DNA from: Aplysia californica
Lineage: Eukaryota
Assembly: GCF_000002075.1 (NCBI RefSeq)
Contig: NW_004797384.1
Location: 1,097,148-1,161,147, forward strand
DNA: 64,000 bases
Direction: 5' to 3'
The notes below the pieces were generated by a model, which was not told the origin of the DNA, ran no database searches, and saw only the letters and a program-made list of their open reading frames with translations. Shown here piece by piece: positions 12,501 through 24,500 of the stretch. The number at the start of each line of letters is the position of its first letter. The first letter of the stretch is position 1. A program made the position numbers and the translations under genes.

Positions 12501-15500
12501 ACTTCTTTTGGAAATAACAAAAACTCTAAGCTGGAATGCTGTTTGTCTAGATAGTTTGTTCTGCATTTTTTCTTTTGTTACAATTATTTCTTTGTTTCTT
12601 TACCGATGTGATATCTACTTTTTTTTTTCCAAGGTAATCCAAACACTTTAAAAAAAATGTTGTTAGAATTAGGAAGCAGGTCTTTGTTTAAGTTTGAGAC
12701 CTGCCTGGAGCAGTCGTTTGTTTGAAAGTGTTTGATGTTGTGTACACCCGCTGGGCTGAAAAAAGATGGCATGTGCATGTCAGATGATGGATACTAATCC
12801 TATACAATTCTACACGTTTTTATTACATGCAAAGGAAATGTTGATCGGTCTCTTTGTTCTTTGTTTGCAGCTACAAGCCGACCTGGACACAAAGTCCAAT
12901 GAAATCTCTGACCTGGAAGCCCAGCTGGCCACGTCCAACAAAGTGTTTGATGAGGAGGTGAGAATTTGATGATCATTGTGTTGTCTGACATATGTCTGCA
13001 TATTTTGTTCCTTGGATTTCCCTTATTCTTGTCTGACATCAGAATTTTATAGTTTGAATTTGGGAGCCCTAGTGGCCTAGAGGTTAAGGTGTTCGCCTCT
13101 CAATCGAAGGTCTCGGGTTCGAATCTGGGTAGCGACGGAAAAATTTTATCTGAAATTGTCTCCTTTCACCCTCATTCCTTCTCTCTTGCAATATTATGTC
13201 GTCTTCTTTCGTCTCCACTTTTTTCAATCTCCCCCACACCCTCTTTGCCCCTACTCTGGGCTCCTGACTGTTTCTGCAGCCTTTCTTCTGCTACTTCTTG
13301 GCTCCTTCTTACTGCTGTCTTTCAGCCACACCCCTGATCTTCAGGTAGGAAAGATCTACACATCTCGGATAAGGGCGAAAAATCTCGGAGGTCCCGTGTG
13401 CAAGTTGTGCACGTTAAAGTTCCCTGGTGGTCGAAAATCTAAAAGAGTAGGCTTTGGCCGCCACCCGGGCAAAATCCAAAATTTCCTACCAATTGAAAAT
13501 GTTTGGTGTGTCCTGCGCGCTCATATGACCTAATGCAGTTGCGAGTGCCATAAAACACTTACCACAAAAAAAAATATTTGAATTTAAGGTGGACGAAGGC
13601 CTCAAGAGGTAGACTAAGAATTTCTTACTTTGAGAACTTTTTCAGATAGGCAAAAGAGAAAAGACCAGAGTAATTTTTTTTTTTTTTTAGAGCATTCTAG
13701 CTGAGAAATGAAAGGCGAAGAATGATTATTGCGTTCCACTACACATAGATTTGTGCAGATTCTAGTGGATTGTGTAGAGATGGTTGTAGTTGCCCTTTTA
13801 TTTGGAAAACGTTAGTCTCTCATGTGTCTGTAAAGAATCTACTGGATTGTGTTAAGATATTCGTATTAGCCCTGTTATTTGGAAAACATTAGCCTCTCAT
13901 GTGTCTATACATAATCTATTGGATTGTGTTAAGATATTTGTATTGGCTCTTTTATTTGGAAAACGTTGGTGTTACATGTGTCTATAAAGAATCTATTGGA
14001 TTGTGTTACGATATTTGTATTGGCCTGGTTATTTGGAAAACGTTAGTCCCTCGTGTGTCTATAAAGAATCTGTTGGATTGTATTAAGATATTTCTATTGG
14101 CCCAGTTATTTGGAAAACGTTGGTGTCCCATGTGTCTGTAAAGAATCTTCTGAATTGTAGAATTGTATAGAGATGGTTGCAGTTGCCCTGTAATTTGGAA
14201 AACGTTAGTCTCCCATGTGTCTGTACAGAATGTACTGGACTGTGTAGCTATGTTTCTGTCGTGCCCCACAGAGACGCTGTTCGGATGACCTGAAGTCCCA
14301 GGTGCTGGAGAGAGACGGGAGACTGGAGGAGGAGAGCAGGAAGCTGGCTCAGATGTACGGGCTGGGATTTGTTTTGTTTTTACACAGTAAATCTTGGGGG
14401 AACTTTGAGAACTTGAACAGATGGATGAAAAGGAAAAGACCAGGATGACATAAGTTTTATTTAGAGCACCCAAGCAGGGAAATAAGTAGCCAACAATAAC
14501 TACTGATATTGTTGGTACCTACAGTTAAGGAATGGAGTGGGGGGTTGTTTTAAAAAGCCGTAAAACCCTATACTACTACTACTACTACTACTGTTTTAAA
14601 AAGAAAACATTTTTATGTTCATATCTCTGCTCCAATCTATCTTTTGCCTTGTTGCTTCAGTCATTTATTCATCCATGTAGCTTCATTATCACTGTATTGC
14701 CATAGCCTGGATAAGCCTGGGTTTTATAACATCGAGTATTCTTATTCTTCTTTTTCTTACAATACTTAAGTGCTAATATCTTCTCTTCATTTGTTGCTGC
14801 CAACCATCCTCCTCCTCTGCTGCCACCTCTTCCTCCGTCTCCTGAGGTCCTCTTTGTTCAAAAATCTTTAAAATGTTTTGTGAGTAGGTTTTTAGGGATG
14901 AAAAGATTGCTTCTTACATAACAGCGTCAGAATACAAAATCTATTTTGTTAACAGCTGAGAAGTTAGTTGTACAAACAATAACATTTTGAAAAATAAAAA
15001 CACCATTTATTTAGAGAGGAGAAAGTGCGAGACGTGGAGGGCAAACTGACTGCCATGTCTGAGGAGAAACAACGCCTGGAAGGAGAACGGGAGGAGCTGG
15101 TGGCCAAGATCGAGGCTGGGGATGGAGCCAATGAGCTCATCAGTCAGATGAAGCAGGAGAACGTGAGTGAGATGAGGAAAATTTCTTTGGTGTCCGACTC
15201 TAACCATGTACCTGCCATACTAGGCTATTTTTAAAAAAAATTATTATCTATTATCTTCCAGAATTTCTCAAAATTGTTTATGGGATGTTCTTTTTACTTA
15301 TTTTAGTATCACCAGATGTAATAACAGTTGTGAATAACATAATAATAGACAAAAGAACTGTTTGACCTAATTTAGGGGACACACGATTCGAGTGAACATC
15401 GATGATGTGGTTACTTATTCAAGGATTTAATGGTAAAGATTGACATTGTTATGCTCTTAGCACATACATGGTTTCTTGAAAATTTTTTGGCATGAATGAG

Positions 15501-18500
15501 CCCCCTCTTGATTTGAAAGGTGAGAGAAGATGCAAAAGTTAATCCTCATTACTTTTTTACTATGGGTTTTATAGAGAAGCTACGGATTGATCTCAGCAAT
15601 GGTTAGAATTAAAAAGGAGTTGACCTGTTTCTTACTGTCATGCGGTTAAAGCAATATACCAAGGAGATATTGTATTGTTGTAATTTAAACCCTTTGACTA
15701 ACATTTCCTGTGCTTCGCCTAGAACTCTTTCAGGCCTGCTGAGATCATCAAAGTGCCATTTAGCGGTAACTTTCATACATAGTTGTCAGTCATGTTATGT
15801 AAAAAATCTCCTTTTTGCCCTCTAAATGAAGTTAAAACTATGGGGCTTTTTAGGGTTAATGCCATTTTCACTATCAACATTTTTTTTGTTCAGACTTCAA
15901 TAGGTGTTACTTTGTCAGCATTCTTCTGCCAACTACAACTCTACTGTTTGTATAATGTCAGTGTCATTCACTATTTTGTTTGTCCAGATGTCCAGCAGGT
16001 GGAGTTTTTTTGTCTGTCTGTCTTACGTTTTTGCTGTTCTGAATAACTTATATGATATATGTTGATGCACTTTTCTTTGTAGTCAACTTTTTGCCTGCAT
16101 TAAATAACCAGCACCGTGTCGATTTGCTTTTCTTTACTCAAACAACAACACCAATAACAGACATCCTTGCAAGAGAAAGTGTCAGCCCTTGAAACATCTA
16201 TAGAGAGCCAGACGAACGAGCACTCTGCCAAAGAGGAGAACTTGCATAAACAAGTGCGGGAGGTCAAAGGTCAGCTACAAGAGGCGGAGGCCAAAGTGAC
16301 GAAGCTGGAGGCCAGCGTGGAAGAAAAGTCGACCAAATTGAACTCAGTACAACAGAAACTGCAAAGTGTGGATGCGGAGCTCAAAACGAAGGTGAGGATT
16401 TAGGAATGTTAACTGTAATTGTAAATCTTTAGTTTTAGTTTTAGTAGAGGTTTTACGGCGCACTCAACTGCATAAGTTCATATGAGCGCCTGAAGATTAG
16501 AGGTGTTACAAGAGAGTAACAAACAGAAAAAAAGAAGAAGGGAAGATAAGGACGATAGATGTTTGATAGGAAAGAAGGAGCAAACCACACCAGAACACCG
16601 GCCAACCACCCTCTGTAAATCTTTTACTTTCCCCATCAACACAAGACGGAAAAGGTAAGAGGTTAAAAAAAGGTGATAGAAAGAAACCTGAAAGTAAATG
16701 AAGGGCTAATTGTTAGTGTTTTTTCTTCAGTAAACACAATTCAGATAGTTTAGGAGGCGGATGCTCTAACTGTTACTGTCAGGGCAAACTGAGTTTAAGT
16801 GCGTTGCAACATCGCAGCAGACAGACAGAGTAACCTGACATAAATCTTCCCCCTAATGGAAATTAAACTCGTGTCTTCTGCATGCAACTATGAACAGTGT
16901 AACTGCTACATTGCANNNNNNNNNNNNNNNNNNNNNNNNNNNNNNNNNNNNNNNNNNNNNNNNNNNNNNNNNNNNNNNNNNNNNNNNNNNNNNNNNNNNN
17001 NNNNNNNNNNNNNNNNNNNNNNNNNNNNNNNNNNNNNNNNNNNNNNNNNNNNNNNNNNNNNGCAGTTCAGACTGAAACAACACATTTATCACCTGATTAC
17101 AAACACACACACTGTTCCCTGTATCTATATAGGCGGAGCTGCTGTTAGCCTCAGAGGCTGCCAAGACCAGTCAGAGAGTGGACCTGGAGAATCACATCCA
17201 GACGGTCAACACATCCCTGGAGAAAGCCAATGTTCAGCTCACCACAGTGAAGGGACAGCTCGAACAGGTCAGTGTTTGTTTTTTTATCATAAGCTGTACA
17301 GTAATTTTCCTTATGGAGATTTCATCATTTTGTTCATATTTAACCCCTGATCTACAGCAAGCAGCTACCAGTGGCTCGCAGTGAGAACTGCTGTGCCAGT
17401 GAGTCGCTGGCAGAGGCCCGGGCAATGTCTTTTACGACGATTTCCATGTTAATTTTGTTTTTGACCTTTTACTGGGAGTTCTTTCATTTTGTCAAGTTCG
17501 AGTGGGTGTGGCACGTTTGTCCCTTTGCCCTTTATTTGGCTGAGTGGCACATGCCCCAAAGTGATTCTATGAGATATGTCTGGGTGTGCGGTCTAGACAC
17601 TAATATTACTAGTCTATGACTAGAATGCTCTTACGCACATTCCTATTACGTTTTCTCTCACAATATATACCCACATGTTTGCCAAAACATAAAAAAAGTT
17701 TGTATTTATGTGCTTTGGGGCAGGGCCTTTAATGGGTGTCAGGGAAAGAACTCAGGATAATATAAGATTTTTTAAAGCATTAAAGCAGAGAAATGAGTGA
17801 TAGACCATAATTAACGATGTCTGTTTCTGGTCCATGAAGACGGTAGGACCTTTGAAAATGTTTAACTATTTTAACATGTATATTTTCCCCACAGGCAAAC
17901 ACAGATGTAACTTCACGCAAGGAGAAGATTGCACAGCTGGAAGGGAAGCTTGGGGAACAGAAGGAGAAGTTGTCTCAGAGCAACAAGAGGGCCAACTCTC
18001 TGGAGAGGAACGTCAAAGAGAAGGTAAAGAGGTCTTCCTATTCTTTTTCTTCCTCCTCCTCGTCCTTTGTGCCTTTCTTCAATTTTCTTAACATTTTTTT
18101 TTTTGGGTCCCTTGTCCTGACTTTTAACCTTACAGTGTGAGGGGTGTTTTACCCGTACAATTTTGCATGTTGAAAAAAAATTGTTTGTGCCTGATTCAGT
18201 TTATTAAGGTTAAAAAGGGTTTTATTAGTCATGGTTTTTGTTGCTTTCAGTCTATGTAAATGATGAACAATATGGTTGGGTTATTTTCCTTTCTTGTGGC
18301 TAAATTCTGTTTTGTTTATTTTTTTACCTCTAGCTTAGACCAGTATGGCTAATTTAATTCCTCATCATACTGTCTTGTGAAAATGTTACACTGTAAGTGT
18401 TGCAGAGATGAAAGTTTTAAGGAGAAACAAAAAAACAACACAACATACTATAAAGCTTTTAACATGTATTTCATTCTTGATATTGTTTTAATAGACATTT

Positions 18501-21500
18501 TTAAAAACTGTTCGTTTGACTTGTTAAAGATTTGTGTAGAGAATGTTTGATTCCTTAAGTCATGTGTTTCAGTAAGTGTTTAAAATCTCTTGCATTAAAT
18601 AAGGAACAGTTTTGTAAACCCAATGTTTTCTGTTTCTGCAGACAAGTGGCCTTAATGAACTGGAGAAGGAGAAGAAAGAAGTGGAAGAGACACTGAGCAC
18701 TACAAAAACAAACCTGGAAGAGACGAAGGCGAAACTTCAAACAGCTGAACTACAACTGGAAACAGTAGGTCTTCTCATAACCCCCTTTTTTTCTCCTATA
18801 TTTTGGTGTTATTATGTCTAAGATAAACATGAAAGTGAGAAATATTGTCTTGTTTTGCTCCAGATAGGAGGGTCATGTGACTTCACAACTCTGCAGACCG
18901 GCATGTTCGTTCTGATTTATTTACTTTGTCCCCCTTCTGCCAACTGCTAAAAAAAAACCCATCTGCAACAGATGTAACAGCACCTTGCTCTTGGCGGAAG
19001 TGCAGAATTTCCAGATGAATAAAAAAATTCAAGGTTCTTGAAATTGTTTAGATCCTAACTTTGGGCCGATTGCTGTATGCCTGTGACTAATATGGATGAA
19101 GAGCAAATTATGATTAATTGTAGACAGGCATCTTTGGCTCTTTGCTGTCATATTCAAAAGACATGTTGGCTTCTATTGATTTGAATTACTTTACTCAGTC
19201 AGTTAGGTCCCTTTGTCTAGAATGCTGACTGACTTTGTCTTATGTGTATTGAATGTTTCTGAGAAGTACTGGTTGGTAGACTTGGAATTTGTGGTCTGTG
19301 AATGTGTGCGAAGATGTTCAATAAATGAATGAATGATATTAAAGGCAAAATGCTTAAAGATGTATGAGGTTTTATTTAGAGTATATCTGCCTGTCTGCTA
19401 GGGTGCTGTGTCCCTCTCAGCCCCTGAAGGCCTTGACAGGCAGGGTTGTAGCAGCTCGGCCCCAAAGGAGCCAAAATATGTCGATGGGACGTTAGACATT
19501 TTTATTGACAATTGCTTTTGCTGACCATACAAAATGTTGTGCTTTTCTTCCCAGGAAAAGAAGACAAGAGAGTCGGAGACATCAGAGTTGTCAGAAAAAG
19601 TCGACAGACTGAATACAGAGAAAACAGAATTGCAGGAGAAGCTGAATTCTACCGTGAGTTTGTGGGGGGAAAAGAGTTTGAAAATCTGATGGAAAGCAAA
19701 GAAGTCAAAAAGAAATGGTGCTGAAAGGAGCCTGCATGGGATGGCCAATGATACAAACAATTAGGAAGAGACACACTCTATGTTTAGGGCTCTTGAATTG
19801 ATTAAAATAAAACCCTGAACATAATATTTTCATGGAGAAATTTAAGGCTGAAGAGGCAGAGTTGGGCGTACAATAACTTTCTCATCAGGAAAAGATGAGG
19901 TTAACATAGGTTTGGGGAGCATCAGAGCAGAGAAAGAGTGGTATTCTATGATCAAAATGTTTTTGAGAAATACTGGCAGTTGAACTTGGAATTTATGGTC
20001 TGTGAATGTGTGCATAAATGTTTGCTAAATGAACGAATGACATTGAAGCTTAAAGATGTATGAACACTTAAATGATTAGTGTGCTTAAGTTAATAGCATA
20101 CATGAAAGTTCTATAAATATAGAAAATACTTTCCTTAAAGTTGAAAAAATGAATGCATTTCATTTTACAATCGGTATTTTTTTCCTTTGTAGTATTGCGG
20201 ACAATACAAGGACAAAGTATAGAAGCCAAAAACATGCATGTTTACAAGCTGAAAGGACCAAAGCGCGTAATGTCGTAAAGTCAAATGTTCGTCTTCGTTG
20301 TTTCTCAGAGTTCCAGTCTCGCGGACACTGAGAGGAAACTTTCTGACAAAAGTGCTGAATTGGAGAAGGTGACCAAAGATTTGGAGAGTACACAGGCGGA
20401 CCTGAAAACTGCACGCACAGATTTGACACAGGTACTGAGTTGTTTTAGTTATAGTTTTACTATATGCTGGAAACCGATATCTGTGGTGTCGTGGTTAGTC
20501 TCTTCACTATTGTGTGTGGGAGTGTGTGTATGTGTGTGTGTGTTTAAATGGCCTCACAATAAATATTTTTGCTTTTGATTTGCCAGTGTGTGGTTGTGGG
20601 TGTGTGTGTAAATGTGTGGGTGTGTGTGTATATGTGTGTGTGGGTGTGTGTTTGTTTGTTTAAATGGCCTCACAATGAACATTTTTCTTTTGATTTCCAG
20701 TGATAGTTCTGCATTGTAAAATACTTTGAGCCTTCTAGTCTTTACGTGCAATATAAATTCACATAATGTTATTACTTTTATTATTACAATTTTTTATTTT
20801 TTTAAAATCATTCTCCCAGAACAAAGAGAGCCTGAGCGGTCAAGTTGCCTCACTGACCACAGAGTTGGAGAAAGAGCGGAGTGCCTCGGAAGCTGCCCGG
20901 CAAGAACTGGAGAAACAGGTGAAGGGAAAGTTGTACCTTGCATGTGTATGTGTGAAGAGTGACAGAGAGAGAGGGGGAAGGGGAGCTGAGAGAAGGCTGG
21001 TGAGAGAGAGAAAGCCTACGTGTATGAAGAGTGAATGAGAGAGAGAGGGGGGGGAGTGAGAGAAGGGTGGTGAGGGAGAGAGAGAGAGCATACGTGTATA
21101 AGGAGTGAATGGGAGAGAGGGGGAAGGTGAGAGAGAGAGAGAAAGCTTATGTGTATGAAAAGTGAGGGAGAAATGGAGGATGAGAGAGAGAGAGAGAGAG
21201 GTCACACTTTATGTCATCTTGCCACTTGAGACAAGCCAGATTTGTTCTAAGGAGGTTGGTGAAGAATCTTTTTAATATTCTTGTTTTCTTTCGAAGTGGC
21301 ACCCCCCCCCCCCCCCCAGAAGTCATAATAAATTATTCCAAGCTATCTGTGTCATATGTGTTTTTTTGTTTCTTCCAATCCTAACTAGTTCCCCGATTTT
21401 GGTGTCTACAGACATGTATTTGTGTTTCCCAAAATCCTAACTTGTTCCCAGATTTTGGTGTGTCTACAGATGTGTGTTTGTATTTCCCAATCCTAACTTG

Positions 21501-24500
21501 TACCCGGACTTTGGTGTCTACGAATGTGAGTTTGTGTTTCCCAATCCGAATTTGTTCCCAGATCTCCATGTCTGATGTGTGTTTTTGTCTCTCTCCCCAG
21601 GTGTCCACTCTGAGCACTGAGAGGAACAGCTTGAGTGAGGAGAAAGTGAAACTGGTCAGTGAGATCACGGACCTCAACAACCAGGTCAAGCAAAAGTCCT
21701 CAGAAATTGACAGCCTGAAAGGGGAAATGGAAAAGGAGAAGGTGAGAGAGAGAGAGAGCACACCCTTTTTTGTTTTAATCTTAGTCAGAGTTACATGGCA
21801 TTTGCAACTCACAAATAAGTCATATTTAACGCTGAAGATTGGGGGTGTTACTAGAGAGTTGTTATACAAAGATAAAAAGGAAGAGAGATAAGGATGTTAC
21901 ATGTTTGATAGGAAAGGAGCAAATCACACCAGAGCACCCACCAACCACCCACACCCCTTTTTGAAAATGTTCGTTGATTTTTAAAATAAAGAAGATATAG
22001 TAAAGCTGCAACCTCCTCCCCCTCCCTCCTTTTGTTAGTGATGCCTTTCTTTTTCCCCTACCCTTAATTACAGTTACTGTGTCAATGTGCTTCTCTTTAC
22101 TCATACAAAAACCTCCCTGCAAAATTCAACCTTTATCATGGTGACTTGCGGTATAGTACAACTCAAGACTCATTTTTCAGAATCAGTTTGCGTCTCAAAA
22201 GTCAGATTTGGACAAAGGTCAAAAGGAGAAGGAGGCTGAATGGGAACAAAAGGCAGAGGCTTTGAGGCAGGAAATAGCTGCTGAGAAGGTAAGGGTTCGT
22301 GACTGACTGAATCATTACGGTTCCCTCTTGTGTTGGCTACTTGCATACTGTATTGTAAAGATTATGCATAGAGTTCCCTTTTGTGTTCTGTATTGTAAAG
22401 TGCATGGAGTTCAGCCTTGTGTTCTTTTTTGCAAAGTGCATAGAGTTCCCAGTTGTACTGATGTGTATTGAGGGTGTCTGACTCCAACTGTATATCTGCC
22501 AGATTAGGCCAAACACTTTTTTTTATCACAAAATATGGTATTCACAACCGTGATTATGATTGGTGATACTGTAATGTGTAATAAGAACACCCAGTGCGAC
22601 ATTTTTAGCAATTCCAAAAGGTAATAAGGAAGACATTATATTTTTCCCACTTTTCTGAAGATTGATTTCAAGCACATACACGATTAGAGTCAGACATTGA
22701 TGATATTTTTAAAAAATATAATAATCTTGTTTGTGTTAGGATATGTTTATGTTCTTTGGAGTGATATTTATCAATGTTTTTGAGGCAATGTTGAGTGAGT
22801 GAGTCTTGAGAAGGAAAATAGAATAAGAGGAGTATGAGTGTTGTTTTTGTGTGGGGGTTTGGGGGGGGGGGGATGCGAGTGAGGGAAAGAAAAGAGACAG
22901 ACAGACAGACAGAGAGACAGACAGAGAGAGAGAGTTTTGAAAATACTTATATAATCACAATGAACTTACAACGTGCTCTTTTTTAATCTTTCAGAAACAA
23001 GTGGAAGAAAAAGAAAAGACAATTCAAGATTTCACTCAGAAGGTAAGTCAACTTTGTCTCTATTGATAAACTGAGTCCTTTTACTCAATGTCTCTTCTCT
23101 GTAGAATTTAAAACAGCCTAACAATAGTGATATGATTTGTACCATGGTATCGTAAAGATCATGCTTGTAGCTGTCAAACAAGGTGTTCAGTAATCCAGTT
23201 GGTGGGTGAATGACAGTACCGCTAGTAGGTCCTGTTTCTTTTATTTATTTATTTTGTTTCTGTCCGTCTGTCTTACTTTCCCCTATTAGTAAATGATTGT
23301 TATTATGTTGATATGCTTCTCTTTAATCAAATAAACAACAAGGAAATAGAACCCAACTTAAAACACTTACAGGAAGATGGGCTTTTGATCAACTACTTCA
23401 AGCATTCATTGGATTATATTTTGTTTATATTCCTGCTCAATATGCCAAAAATGGTATGTCGTTTTTGTGAACATCTTTTGTGAAAACAACAGCTTAAAAG
23501 ATGTTACGGAAAAGAGCGACAATAATGATAATGATATATAGATAATTATGACCAAATCTTTCATTGAATTTGCACCATGGCAATGAAGGAGCTCAAATTG
23601 GTTCATTTTCAATTCTGTCCTGATATGTATGTTTCAGTGAAACAGTGTGTATTCATCCAATTACACTGAGATTGGATACTTTTAATTCCTTTTCATAGGT
23701 GGTTGGAGAAGCCACTGGTAGGTCCAACTTTTTTTCTTTCCCTCTGTAGTTTCTGTCTATCTGTCTTGTTTCTTCCCTGCCCTAAATGACCAATATTGTG
23801 TTGATCTTCTTCTCTTTCCTCAAACTCAAACGATAGCATTTTTTCTTCTGTCTTTGTGAAGGTCTCTGAGTTGGAGGGTGTCAAGTCAAGTCTTGAAACT
23901 GCCAAGCAAGAGCTGGAAAGCCAGTCAGCAGAAAAGCAGAACAGGATTGATGCTCTGGTAAGTTGAAGGACTTTTATATTGGAAATTTACACTTTTTGTA
24001 GGATTCACATGCTGTCAATGTGACTGACATAATCTTATTTTACATGGTATGGCATTTGTTGCTTTGTGAAAAGGCTTTCCACCATTGCCTGCAGGAGACA
24101 AAAGTTTGATTTCTGACGGAGGAAATAATAAAGGTGCCTTCAAAGTCCTTACTGGTGAATTTCCAAAGAACCATTTATGCAATTGTGGTTTGACTTATAA
24201 CATTAGAACTGTGCTAAGAAAATAAGTTGAGTGGGGGGGGGGGATAAAAAGGATTAGAAAGTAATGAACATGAGGGAGAAAAGGAAGAAAAATGTTCAAT
24301 TTTTCTGCAACTGCTAGTTCGGAAAGAAATAGAGAGAGAAAAAGTATTGATATTTAAAAGTTACTGTGTAGATTTGTTTTAAAGTAACGCAGTTCTACTT
24401 TAACCCTTAAGATTCTGGTCCCTGATAAATGTTTGCCCGATAAGCGCAATCCCGCGAGGGAGACATTTGAGAGCAACTGAATAAAAAAAATATTCGGAAA

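Noticed and set aside
13062-13137. Possible tRNA-Glu gene
   Set aside because: The acceptor stem is poor and there is no immediate oligo-T terminator. It continues into a SINE body with a tail and TSD.
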